Source: Atribacterota bacterium
GTDB lineage: Bacteria > Atribacterota > Phoenicimicrobiia > Phoenicimicrobiales > Stramentimicrobiaceae
Assembly: GCA_040767965.1 (NCBI GenBank)
Contig: JAXGNR010000004.1
Location: forward strand, 480,001 to 544,000
Direction of reading: 5' to 3'
DNA: 64,000 nucleotides
The translations under genes were made by a program, and so were the position numbers. The notes beneath the pieces are model-generated. The model was not told the origin of the DNA and ran no database searches. It saw only the letters and a list, made by a program, of their open reading frames with translations. The first letter of the stretch is position 1, and the number at the start of each line of letters is the position of its first letter. This document shows positions 26,454 through 36,006 of this stretch, piece by piece.

Positions 26454-27404
26454 TTGATAGATATCAATGATATTAAAATAAAAATAGAAAATTTAACAGA
26501 TAGTTACGGACGTTTTATTATTGAACCTTTGGATAAAGGTTATGGTACAACGTTAGGTAATTCTTTACGAAGAGTTTTGCTATCTTCTCTTCCTGGTGCT
26601 AGTGCAACTGCTGTAAGGTTTGAGGGTATTGTTCATGAGTTTTCTACTATTCCTGGCATAAAAGAAGATGTAAACGAAATCTTATTAAATATAAAAGAAA
26701 TTGTTTTTAAAATATATGGAAATGATTCAGAGATATTGCGTTTAAAGGCAAATGGTAAGAAAATTGTCAAAGCAAGTGATTTAATACCAAATATTAATGT
26801 AGAAATACTGAACCCCAATCAAAAAATAGCTACTCTTAGCGAAGATGGAAAACTGGACATGGAAATAGTAGTTGATAGCGGGACTGGTTATGTATCAGCT
26901 ACAGAAAATAAAAAGAAAGACTTGGCAATAAATTATATAACTCTTGACTCTATGTTTTCCCCAGTAATAAAAGTTGCTTATTCAATTGATAAAACAAGTT
27001 CCGCTCAATATATGGGTTATGAAAAGTTAGTTATGGATATTTACACTAACAAGAGCATTTTGCCAGATGAGGCTTTAAGCAAAGCTTCTAATATTTTAAT
27101 AAAATATCTAAAGATTTTTACCAAATTTTCTCCAGAAGAAATGGAATCTATTACTGAGCAAATAGCTGAAGAAGAGAATGAAAATAATGAGCAGAAAAAA
27201 TTACTTGATAAATCCATTGAAGAGCTTGATTTTTCTGTTAGATCTTATAATTGCCTAAAAAAATCAAATATTAATTCTTTTGGCGAGATTGTGAATAAAT
27301 CAGAAGAAGAAATAATGGGAATAAAAAACTTAGGTAAAAAATCTTTTGAGGAAATAAAAGATAAAGTTAAAGAATACGGATTGAGTTTAAAGGAATCAGA
27401 ATAG
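26454..27404 (+). CDS. rpoA: RNA polymerase alpha subunit
   Basis: GYGTTLGNSLRRVLLSS, SVRSYNCLK, NLGKKS; TTG start after GGAAGGAG. Confidence 0.98.
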   Translation: MIDINDIKIKIENLTDSYGRFIIEPLDKGYGTTLGNSLRRVLLSSLPGASATAVRFEGIVHEFSTIPGIKEDVNEILLNIKEIVFKIYGNDSEILRLKANGKKIVKASDLIPNINVEILNPNQKIATLSEDGKLDMEIVVDSGTGYVSATENKKKDLAINYITLDSMFSPVIKVAYSIDKTSSAQYMGYEKLVMDIYTNKSILPDEALSKASNILIKYLKIFTKFSPEEMESITEQIAEEENENNEQKKLLDKSIEELDFSVRSYNCLKKSNINSFGEIVNKSEEEIMGIKNLGKKSFEEIKDKVKEYGLSLKESE

Positions 27405-27421
27405 CAAAAGGAGATGGTCTA

Positions 27422-27775
27422 ATGAGACACAGATATTTAAAAAGAAAATTAAATGTTGACACTAGTCATCGAAAGGCATTGTTATCAAATTTAGCCATTT
27501 CTATGATTAATTATAGAAAAATTAACACAACTGTTCCGAAGGCAAAGGAGTTACAAAAATATCTTGAAAAACTTGTATCAGTTGCTAAAGAAGATAACTT
27601 GCAATCGAAAAGAAAAGTTTTTAAGGTAATTCAAAACAAACAAGCAATAAAGCTTCTTTTTGAAGAAATCAGCCCGCAATATAAAGAGAGAAATGGTGGT
27701 TACACCAGAATAATCAAAGCTGGCTTTCGCAAGGGCGATGCAGCTCCAATGGCTATTTTAGAATTTGTTAAATAG
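27422..27775 (+). CDS. rplQ: 50S ribosomal protein L17
   Basis: MRHR, GGYTRIIK, RKGDAAPMA. Confidence 0.99.
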   Translation: MRHRYLKRKLNVDTSHRKALLSNLAISMINYRKINTTVPKAKELQKYLEKLVSVAKEDNLQSKRKVFKVIQNKQAIKLLFEEISPQYKERNGGYTRIIKAGFRKGDAAPMAILEFVK

Positions 27776-27787
27776 AAGAAATAACTA

Positions 27788-27852
27788 AATAAAATAGGTT
27801 AATTTGTTAGAAATAGAATTATATTTTCTTACATGTTAACCTTTTTATTTTT
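27788..27852 (+). terminator. Intrinsic terminator-like hairpin after rplQ
   Basis: AGGTTAA...TTAACCT outer stem with inner pairing, followed by T-run. Confidence 0.55.
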
Positions 27853-27872
27853 TGATAATAAACAGGTGTATT

Positions 27873-28703
27873 TTGATAAAATTTGTAAATGTATCCCATT
27901 CTTATAATAATGGTAATGAGAGTATTGAAGAATCTATATCAAACATTAATCTTGATATAGAGGATGGTGATTTTATTGCTATAATTGGATCAAACGGTTC
28001 TGGCAAATCAACATTTGCAAAACATGTTAATGGGTTATTACTTCCAAGCGAAGGTGATGTAATTATAGATAATTGCAATACAAAAGATAAAGAACACATT
28101 TGGAATATAAGAAAAAAAGTAGGTATGGTTTTTCAAAATCCAGATAATCAGTTAGTTGCTACTACGGTTGAAGACGATATTGCTTTTGGATTAGAAAATA
28201 TAGGTTTGAACGAAAAAGAAATGCAAGAAAGAGTTAAATGGGCATTAAAACAGGTTGACATGCTATGCTTTAGAAGCTATGAACCACATTTGCTTTCAGG
28301 TGGACAAAAGCAAAAAATAGTTATTGCAGGTGCTTTGGCCATGCGCTCGTCACATCTGATTTTAGATGAACCTACTTCAATGTTAGACCCTAAGGGCAGA
28401 AAAGAAGTTTTAGAAATTGTAAAAAAACTTAATAAGGAAAAGAATATAACTATTGTTTATATAACCCATTTTATGTCAGAAGCAGTAATGTTTGATAAGA
28501 TTGTGGTATTTGAAAAAGGGAAAATAGTATTAACCGGATCACCAAAAGACATTTTTTTACAGAAGAATGTCTTAGATGATTTGAAACTAGAAATTCCTCA
28601 AATAACAAGATTTGCCCGATTATTAAATGAAAATGGGTTAGATATTCCTATCAATATTATTGATGAAAAAGAAATGTTAGATAAATTATGTTTATTGATT
28701 TAA
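27873..28703 (+). CDS. ecfA1: ECF transporter ATPase A1
   Basis: GSNGSGKST, VFQNPDNQ, LSGGQKQ; standard position after rplQ. Confidence 0.93.
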   Translation: MIKFVNVSHSYNNGNESIEESISNINLDIEDGDFIAIIGSNGSGKSTFAKHVNGLLLPSEGDVIIDNCNTKDKEHIWNIRKKVGMVFQNPDNQLVATTVEDDIAFGLENIGLNEKEMQERVKWALKQVDMLCFRSYEPHLLSGGQKQKIVIAGALAMRSSHLILDEPTSMLDPKGRKEVLEIVKKLNKEKNITIVYITHFMSEAVMFDKIVVFEKGKIVLTGSPKDIFLQKNVLDDLKLEIPQITRFARLLNENGLDIPINIIDEKEMLDKLCLLI

Positions 28704-29557
28704 AAAAGATATCGTTTACTTATAATTTAAATATGCCTTTTGAAAAAGAAGTATTGAAAGATGTGAATATTTCTATTTCTGATGGAGAATTTATTGGTAT
28801 CATAGGACATACCGGTTGCGGGAAAACAACCTTGTTGCAGGTGCTTAATGGATTGTTAGAACCAACAAAAGGGGAAATATACATCGATAATGTAAATATC
28901 CACAGTAATAAAAAAATTTTAAAAGATGTTAGAAAAAAAATAGGATTGTCCTTTCAATACCCGGAAAATCAGATATTCGAAGAAACTATATTTAAAGAGG
29001 TATCATTCGGACTCAAAAATTTGGGGTGTAAAGAAGAGTTTCTTGAAGAGAATGTTAAAAAAGCTTTGGAAATGGTTGATTTAAATTATGAATATTATAG
29101 AAATAGGCTTCCGTTTAATTTAAGCGGAGGAGAAATGCGAAGAGTTGCAATTGCTAGTATTTTAGCACTTTCTCCAGAAGTTATAATTTTAGACGAACCA
29201 ACTGCAAGCCTGGATCCTCAAAGTCGTAACATAATTCTTAAATTAATTAAAAAATTACATGATTGTCATAAAAAAACGATTATTATGGTTTCTCATAATA
29301 TGGAAGTTATTGCAGAGATGACAAAAAGAGTTATAGTGATGGAAAATGGGAAAATTGTTTTAGATAAAAAAACAAGAGAGATATTTAGGGACAACTCTGC
29401 TGAATTGGAGAAAATTGGTTTAGCTCTTCCTCAAATAACAAAAATTATGTATGATTTAAAAAAAATGGGTAAACCTGTTGATATCAATAATATATTGACT
29501 ATCGAAGAAGCAAAAGAAGAAATACTAAGATTGAGAAAAAATAATGAAATTTTTTAG
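28688..29557 (+). CDS. ecfA2: ECF transporter ATPase A2
   Basis: GHTGCGKTT, FQYPENQIFEET, LSGGEMRR. Confidence 0.93.
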   Translation: MFIDLKKISFTYNLNMPFEKEVLKDVNISISDGEFIGIIGHTGCGKTTLLQVLNGLLEPTKGEIYIDNVNIHSNKKILKDVRKKIGLSFQYPENQIFEETIFKEVSFGLKNLGCKEEFLEENVKKALEMVDLNYEYYRNRLPFNLSGGEMRRVAIASILALSPEVIILDEPTASLDPQSRNIILKLIKKLHDCHKKTIIMVSHNMEVIAEMTKRVIVMENGKIVLDKKTREIFRDNSAELEKIGLALPQITKIMYDLKKMGKPVDINNILTIEEAKEEILRLRKNNEIF

Positions 29558-30341
29558 GAATATAACTATAGGTCAGTATGTAAACACAAATTCAATAATC
29601 CACAAATTAGACCCAAGAGTTAAAATAATTACTACATTACTGATAATAGTGTTATTATTTTTAATCAAAACATGGTTTAGTTTTGCAATAGTTATTGCAT
29701 ACTTATTTTTTGTAATATCCATATCGAAGGTTAATCCGAAATATGTTTTAAGAGGCATTAAACCATTACTTTTTCTAATAATATTAACCTTGCTAATACA
29801 TATGCTCACTACAGAAGGGGAAATAATTTTTCAGATATGGTTTTTAAAAATAACTAAAGAAGGCTTAAACAAGGGATTTTTTATTTCTGCTCGATTATTT
29901 TTACTTATTTTAGCAACCTCCTGGATGACTTTAACTACGTCCCCTATTTCTTTAACTGATGGAATTGAATATTTATTATCATTTTTTAAAATATTAAGAA
30001 TACCTGCTCATGAAATTGCCATGATGATGACCATTGCCTTACGCTTTATACCAACCTTAATGGAAGAAACTGAAAAAATAATTAAAGCTCAAATGGCACG
30101 AGGTGCTGATTTTGAAAGTGGGAATATCATTAATAGAATAAAAAACATATTACCTATAATTGTACCTTTGTTTATAAATTCTTTTCGCAGGGCTGACGAA
30201 TTAGCTATCGCGATGGAAGCAAGATGTTATAAGGGTGGAGAAGGTAGAACTCATTATCGTGCTTTGGAAATTAAGAGTAGAGATCAGATATTTTTTTTAA
30301 CAACTATTGTAGTTTTTATTGTTATTTTTATAGTTGGTTAA
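29544..30341 (+). CDS. ecfT: ECF transporter transmembrane T component
   Basis: LDPRVK, ALRFIPTL, AQMARG, AMEARCY. Confidence 0.95.
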   Translation: MKFFRNITIGQYVNTNSIIHKLDPRVKIITTLLIIVLLFLIKTWFSFAIVIAYLFFVISISKVNPKYVLRGIKPLLFLIILTLLIHMLTTEGEIIFQIWFLKITKEGLNKGFFISARLFLLILATSWMTLTTSPISLTDGIEYLLSFFKILRIPAHEIAMMMTIALRFIPTLMEETEKIIKAQMARGADFESGNIINRIKNILPIIVPLFINSFRRADELAIAMEARCYKGGEGRTHYRALEIKSRDQIFFLTTIVVFIVIFIVG

Positions 30342-30344
30342 AAG

Positions 30345-31124
30345 ATGCTAATGAAAAAAAATATAAAACTGTTAATATGTTATGACGGCACTAATTATTC
30401 TGGATGGCAAAGGCAAAAAAACAAAGAAACAATTCAAGGAATTATTGAAGATCGCTTGAAAAAGGTAACAGGTGATAAGCAAATAAAATTATATGGTTCA
30501 GGCAGGACAGATGCAGGTGTACATGCTATAGGACAAACTGCTAATTTTTATACTGAACACGATTTACCAGTTGATAAATGGACTTTTGTTCTAAATAATA
30601 AATTACCTGGTGACATTAAAATCAAACATGCTAAAATAGTTAACAATGAATTTCATGCCAGATTTAGTGCAAAAAGTAAGATATATAAATATTATATTCT
30701 GAATAAAAATTACGGAACTTCATCATATTCTGCAAAGAGAATATTTTTGAATAAATATTGTTATATTTACAATAAAAAATTAGATATTGACAGAATGAAA
30801 GAAGTTGCTCAATATTTAATTGGAGAGCATGATTTTAGGGCTTTAAGCTGTTTAAATAAGAAAAAAAATGATAGAAAAGAAAATAAAGAAAGAACAATAA
30901 TCAAAATAGATATACAGAAAAATAAAGAAATGCTATGCTTTAGGATAGAGGCAAACTCTTTTTTATATAAAATGATGAGAGTTATAGTTGGCACATTGCT
31001 TGATTTTTCTATTACTAAACGCAATCCGAAAGATATTTTATCTTTAATGAAAAATAAAGATTGTCAAAAATCAGGCAAAGTTCTGCCGCCTAATGGTTTA
31101 TTTTTAGTAAAAGTAAAATATTAA
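30345..31124 (+). CDS. truA: tRNA pseudouridine(38-40) synthase
   Basis: YDGTNYSGWQ, GRTDAGVHA, FHARFSA. Confidence 0.97.
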   Translation: MLMKKNIKLLICYDGTNYSGWQRQKNKETIQGIIEDRLKKVTGDKQIKLYGSGRTDAGVHAIGQTANFYTEHDLPVDKWTFVLNNKLPGDIKIKHAKIVNNEFHARFSAKSKIYKYYILNKNYGTSSYSAKRIFLNKYCYIYNKKLDIDRMKEVAQYLIGEHDFRALSCLNKKKNDRKENKERTIIKIDIQKNKEMLCFRIEANSFLYKMMRVIVGTLLDFSITKRNPKDILSLMKNKDCQKSGKVLPPNGLFLVKVKY

Positions 31125-31149
31125 CATTGATAAATGAATAATAATTGTC

Positions 31150-31178
31150 TTGACAATAAGTATTAATTATATTAGAAT
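31150..31178 (+). promoter_or_regulatory. sigma70/sigmaA promoter of rplM-rpsI
   Basis: TTGACA-17 bp-TAGAAT. Confidence 0.75.
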
Positions 31179-31230
31179 TTTTATGTTGTTTTAACCTATT
31201 ATTGATTAAAAGCATCATAGGGAGGAAAAA

Positions 31231-31662
31231 TTGAAAACTTTTAGAGAAAAAATAGTTAATGTTGACAGGAATTGGTATTTGTTTGACGCTGAAGGAAAAA
31301 TCCTAGGAAGATTGGCTACTGAAATAGCCGCGATCTTACGAGGGAAAAATAAAACATTTTATGATCAGTCCCAAGATTTTGGTGATTATGTTATAGTTAT
31401 TAATGCAGAAAAAGTTAAAGTTACCGGGAAAAAACCAGAACAAAAACTATATAGACATCATACAAATTATCCTGGATCATTAAAAGAAGTTACATTTAAT
31501 GAAATGCTGCAAAAAAAACCAGAAGCAATTATCGAAAAAGCCGTAAAAGGAATGCTACCAAAAAACAAGCTAAGCAATGCTATTATTAAAAAGCTTAAAG
31601 TTTATCGTGGAAATAAGCATCCTCATACTGCTCAAGAAATAGTAGAAATCGAAAGCAACTGA
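31231..31662 (+). CDS. rplM: 50S ribosomal protein L13
   Basis: LGRLAT, GDYVIVINA, AVKGMLP; TTG start after GGGAGG. Confidence 0.99.
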   Translation: MKTFREKIVNVDRNWYLFDAEGKILGRLATEIAAILRGKNKTFYDQSQDFGDYVIVINAEKVKVTGKKPEQKLYRHHTNYPGSLKEVTFNEMLQKKPEAIIEKAVKGMLPKNKLSNAIIKKLKVYRGNKHPHTAQEIVEIESN

Positions 31663-31680
31663 TAAAAGGAGGTGCGTAAT

Positions 31681-32072
31681 TTGTCAATTAACCGATATTA
31701 TGGTACTGGTAGGAGAAAAACATCCATAGCAAAAGTTTGGATATATCCTGGTAAAGGCAATATAATTATTAATAATAAACCACATAATAATTATTTTTTA
31801 ATATATCTAATGTTTTAGCAGTTGAAGAACCTTTAAAGGCGGTACAAAAAATAGAGGAAGTAGATGTTAATGTAAGAGTGTCAGGTGGCGGTGTAACAGG
31901 CCAGTCAGGTGCCATAAGACATGGAATAGCAAGGGCATTAGTGGAATATGACAGTACTTTAAGACCTATATTAAAGAAGGAAAAAATGCTCGAACGTGAT
32001 GCTAGAATGAAGGAAAGAAAAAAATATGGTCAAAAAGGCGCAAGAGCAAATTACCAATTCTCAAAACGTTAA
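31681..32072 (+). CDS. rpsI: 30S ribosomal protein S9 (one base short in T-run 31794-31799)
   Basis: TTG start after AGGAGGTG; [11 protein letters not shown] in frame 0, [14 protein letters not shown]...ERKKYG...QFSKR in the -1 frame. Confidence 0.95.
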
Positions 32073-32126
32073 ATTATTGCTCTTTCTATACTATACATTT
32101 TTTTTAGTTAAAAATAATGCTAAAAT

Positions 32127-32182
32127 AATAGTCATCACCAAAATTCTTTCGAGAACTTTTTTAGTGATGGCTATTTTATTTT
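32127..32182 (+). terminator. Intrinsic terminator after rpsI
   Basis: AATAGTCATCAC...GTGATGGCTATT long stem with TTCG apical loop, then T-rich tail. Confidence 0.7.
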
Positions 32183-32199
32183 AGGAAAAGGATTATTGT

Positions 32200-33003
32200 A
32201 TGCCTTTTAATGTGTCACTTTTAGACGTTTTAGATATTATTATCATAACCTTTGTTTTGTATAATATATTTTTATTAATTAAAGATACTCCTGCCGTTCA
32301 GATTATTAAAGGATTTGCAATATTATTCATATTCTCATTTCTTTCTAATTGGATAGGATTAAGAACAATCAATTGGCTAATTAAAGGTTTGATGGCAATG
32401 CTGGTTGTCGCTATTCCTATTATATTTCAGCCTGAATTAAGAAGGCTATTATTAAAGATGGGCAAGGAGTGGTTTTTAAGCAATTTGCCTTTCTTGCAGC
32501 AAGGAGAAGATTCTAAGAAAATAGAAGAATTAATAAATGGAATAATTATGGTAACCCCTATGCTTTCTGCTGAAAGAAATGGCGCTTTAATAGTTTTGGA
32601 GAGAGAAGTTGGGTTGCAAGATATTTTGGAAACCGGGATTATGTTGAATAGTGATTTTTCCTCTGAATTGTTGTATTCAATATTTTTACCAAACTCTCCT
32701 TTGCATGATGGAGCTGTAATTATCAGGAAAGATCGTATTATTGGAGCTAATTGTATTTTACCTTTAACTAAAAGAAACGATATAAAAAAATCTTTAGGAA
32801 CAAGGCATAGAGCAGCAATAGGTTTAAGTGAAGCCACAGATGCCTTAGCCATAGTGGTTTCTGAAGAAAGAGGAACTGTTTCAATTGCCATTGATGGCAG
32901 ATTGACCAGGCCGTTAAAACCACAATTGTTAAAAAAATTTTTACAAAAAATGTATCATCCAAAGTCCACAGGAATAATAGATGCTATAAAAAAGGATGAA
33001 TAA
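32200..33003 (+). CDS. cdaA: Diadenylate cyclase (c-di-AMP synthase), membrane-bound
   Basis: Three N-terminal TM helices, FQPELRR, LHDGA and GTRHRAA catalytic motifs. Confidence 0.95.
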   Translation: MPFNVSLLDVLDIIIITFVLYNIFLLIKDTPAVQIIKGFAILFIFSFLSNWIGLRTINWLIKGLMAMLVVAIPIIFQPELRRLLLKMGKEWFLSNLPFLQQGEDSKKIEELINGIIMVTPMLSAERNGALIVLEREVGLQDILETGIMLNSDFSSELLYSIFLPNSPLHDGAVIIRKDRIIGANCILPLTKRNDIKKSLGTRHRAAIGLSEATDALAIVVSEERGTVSIAIDGRLTRPLKPQLLKKFLQKMYHPKSTGIIDAIKKDE

Positions 33004-34210
33004 AATGAATGAATTAAAAAAATGGATTCTGAATAATATTGATATGAAAATATTAGCCTTGATAATGGCAATTATTTTATGGTTTTATATATCAAGCGAA
33101 TATAATATATCCGCAGAGAGATATTATGACATAGAAGTATTTCCAGTTAATTTACGTCCAGACCTGTCCATAAAAGATATTAGAAATCAAGTCAGTGTAG
33201 GAATTGAAGGACCGAAGAATATTTTAGAAAATACTTCTGCACAAAAAATATCAGGAACTGTTGACTTGTCCAATATTGTAGATCCAGGTGAATACTATGT
33301 AAATGTTAAAACAGCTTTGCCTAAAAATACCGAATTAGTTAAAATAATTCCTAATGAAGTAAGAATAAATATTGAAAAGATAACTGAAAAAAATATTGTT
33401 GTTGGTTATAATCTTATAGGGTTACCAGAAAGAGGGTTTTCTTTGGAAGATGAACCAACCATTTCCCCTATAGATGTAAAAGTGATTGGTCCCGAATCTG
33501 CTTTAAACAAAATAAGCAAAGCTATTATCGATATAGATATTTCTTCTATTAAAGATGATTTTTTTAGTGAAGAAGAAATAATTATATATAATGAATCAAA
33601 TGAAATAGTAAAAAACCTGCAAATAGAACCAAAAAAAGTCATTGCTTCAATTAAAGTTGGAGAAGGTTATCCTGAAAAATTTTTATCAATTAAACCACGT
33701 ATAGTTGGAAAGCCGGCACCAGATTATTTTATAACAAATATTGAAGCCAACCCAAGTGAAATAGAAGTTTATGGGAATTATTCTAAAATAGCAAATGTTG
33801 ACTTTTTGGAAACTATACCTATAGATGTAAATGGAATTTCCAGAACTCTTACTGTAAAAATTGCTCCAGTAATAGGTGAAGGGATTTACTTAACAGAAGA
33901 ACAGGATTCCTTGATAGAAGTTAAAATACAAGTAGAGGAGAAGGAAGAGGAAGTTTTATTTGAAGGTATTAAAATTATAACGAAAGAAGCATCTCCTTTT
34001 GTGGATTATCAAATAAAACCTGAAATTGTAGATATAAAAATTAAAGGAAAAATTAGTGATATTAAAAATATTAATGCTGAAGAAATTAAAGCATTTGCGG
34101 ATTTGTCTGATTTAGAAAAAGAAATAGTTTTAGTTGAAGTTGAAGCGCCTGCTGGAATTGATATTATTGAGATTATTCCTCAGGAGACATATATAACAAT
34201 AAAGAAATAA
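32996..34210 (+). CDS. cdaR: YbbR-domain regulator of diadenylate cyclase
   Basis: N-terminal TM (ALIMAIILWFYI), repeated P..V.V.G YbbR-like modules, between cdaA and glmM; start could be 33005. Confidence 0.88.
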   Translation: MNKMNELKKWILNNIDMKILALIMAIILWFYISSEYNISAERYYDIEVFPVNLRPDLSIKDIRNQVSVGIEGPKNILENTSAQKISGTVDLSNIVDPGEYYVNVKTALPKNTELVKIIPNEVRINIEKITEKNIVVGYNLIGLPERGFSLEDEPTISPIDVKVIGPESALNKISKAIIDIDISSIKDDFFSEEEIIIYNESNEIVKNLQIEPKKVIASIKVGEGYPEKFLSIKPRIVGKPAPDYFITNIEANPSEIEVYGNYSKIANVDFLETIPIDVNGISRTLTVKIAPVIGEGIYLTEEQDSLIEVKIQVEEKEEEVLFEGIKIITKEASPFVDYQIKPEIVDIKIKGKISDIKNINAEEIKAFADLSDLEKEIVLVEVEAPAGIDIIEIIPQETYITIKK

Positions 34211-34258
34211 AAAATTATTCATGATGATCAATTCTTAATAGAAAAAGGGAAAATACAT

Positions 34259-35611
34259 ATGACAGAATTGTTTGGCACAGATGGAATAAGAGGTTTGGTT
34301 AACAAATATCCATTAACAGCAGAAGTAGCATTCAATCTAGGAAGGGCAGTAGGTTATTATTATCAAAACAAAGATAAAAAAAATGCTTTAATCGGAAAAG
34401 ATACCAGATTGTCTGGAGACATGCTGGAAGCTGCTTTAACTGCTGGCTTATGTTCAACTGGGTTTAATGTTATTACTGCTGGAATTATAACCACTCCTGG
34501 TGTAGCATTTTTAACAAAATATTTCAATATTGAACTGGGAATTGTAATATCTGCCTCTCACAATCCTTTTCATGATAATGGTATTAAATTTTTTAATGGA
34601 AATGGATATAAGCTTTCAGAAAAACAGGAAAAGGATATCGAAAATATATTTTTTAATGAAAGTTATGCTAAATTGAATATTTCAGGCAGCAATATTGGTA
34701 AAGTGGAAAGTATAAAAAATGCTACAGACTTATATATTTCTCATATTATTAAAACAATACCAAATCATTTCATTATACCTGACTATAAAATAATTATCGA
34801 TTGTGCAAACGGTGCTTCTAGTAAGATAACTGAGGAATTGTTTAATCGATTAAACTTTAAAAATATAAAAATTATTAACAATGTTCCTGACGGGTATAAT
34901 ATAAATTATAAATGCGGATCAACTTATTTAAAAACTTTGCAGCTGCAAGTTCTGCAGGATAATGCTGACCTTGGGTTTGCCTATGATGGAGATGCTGATA
35001 GGGCTTTGACTGTTGATGAGAAGGGGCAGATTGTAGATGGAGATCAAATGATGTTTATCTATGCTTATCATTTTTTGAAAAAAGGAGAACTGGGTAATAA
35101 TACAATAGTCACAACACATATGAGCAATATGGGCTTTGATGAGACTATCAGAGAAATAGGAGGTAAGGTAATCAGAACTGATATTGGAGATAAGTATGTT
35201 TTAAAGAAAATGATAGAAAATAACTCTTATCTGGGAGGAGAACAGTCAGGTCATATTATATTCTTAAAGTATGGACCGCATGGTGATGGAATTGAAACCT
35301 CTATACAACTTTTGTCTGCTTTAGGAGAGAATGATGAGAAAATATCTTCCCAAGCAGCTAAAATGAAAAAATACCATCAAAAGCTGCTGAATTTTACCAT
35401 AAAGAATAAACAATTATTTTTACAAGATAATAAATTCAGAGAAATAAAAGAAGAAATGCTTTCTGCATTTAAATTTAAAGGAAGAATATTGATAAGACCT
35501 TCTGGTACAGAAAAGATAATAAGAATTTTGTTAGAAAGTAAAAATGAAGATATATTGGAATATTGGGAAAATGTATTAAATGAATATTTTGAAATCTATA
35601 CAAAAAAATAG
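34259..35611 (+). CDS. glmM: Phosphoglucosamine mutase
   Basis: FGTDGIRG, SASHNP, DGDADR, GGEQSGH. Confidence 0.97.
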   Translation: MTELFGTDGIRGLVNKYPLTAEVAFNLGRAVGYYYQNKDKKNALIGKDTRLSGDMLEAALTAGLCSTGFNVITAGIITTPGVAFLTKYFNIELGIVISASHNPFHDNGIKFFNGNGYKLSEKQEKDIENIFFNESYAKLNISGSNIGKVESIKNATDLYISHIIKTIPNHFIIPDYKIIIDCANGASSKITEELFNRLNFKNIKIINNVPDGYNINYKCGSTYLKTLQLQVLQDNADLGFAYDGDADRALTVDEKGQIVDGDQMMFIYAYHFLKKGELGNNTIVTTHMSNMGFDETIREIGGKVIRTDIGDKYVLKKMIENNSYLGGEQSGHIIFLKYGPHGDGIETSIQLLSALGENDEKISSQAAKMKKYHQKLLNFTIKNKQLFLQDNKFREIKEEMLSAFKFKGRILIRPSGTEKIIRILLESKNEDILEYWENVLNEYFEIYTKK

Positions 35612-35685
35612 ATATTCAGTTTTTAACTCGATAGAAACTGCTTCTCTTTCTTTATTTTTATAATTAGTAATAAGGATATTTGATG

Positions 35686-35694
35686 TGTTATAAT
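35686..35694 (+). promoter_or_regulatory. Extended -10 promoter element upstream of glmS leader
   Basis: TGTTATAAT; no clear -35. Confidence 0.45.
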
Positions 35695-35769
35695 TAAAGA
35701 AAACTAAAAGATGAAAGGAGTATCTATATAAAATAACAAATTAATAAATACATGGAAAAGTAAAAAACA

Positions 35770-35910
35770 ATATAAGCGCCTGAACTTAAATAAGGTAAGT
35801 TGACGAGGTAGGAGTTTATCGAAATTTCGGCGGATACTCCTGGGTTTGCCATCCTGAAGTAATTTACAAAGCTTACAAGTAATTGTAAGGACAAAAAAAT
35901 TACGAGGCAA
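35770..35910 (+). ncRNA. glmS ribozyme (GlcN6P-activated self-cleaving riboswitch)
   Basis: A/GCGCCTGAACT...AGTTGACGAGG..TTTATCGAAATTTCGGCGGA core; P2 AGGAGT/ACTCCT; P4 GTAATTT/AAATTAC; P4.1 CTTACAA-GTAA-TTGTAAG; TTGCC/GGCAA pseudoknot; directly upstream of glmS. Confidence 0.95.
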
Positions 35911-36006
35911 TTATTATTGATCTTAAATTGAAAGGTTTTTACATCCTCATTAGGATTTTGATATATCAGATTAATAATGAGGATTTTTTATTTATAAGGA
36001 GATTGT

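Noticed and set aside
35704-35910. 68-aa minus-strand ORF upstream of glmS
   Set aside because: It is the antisense of the glmS ribozyme
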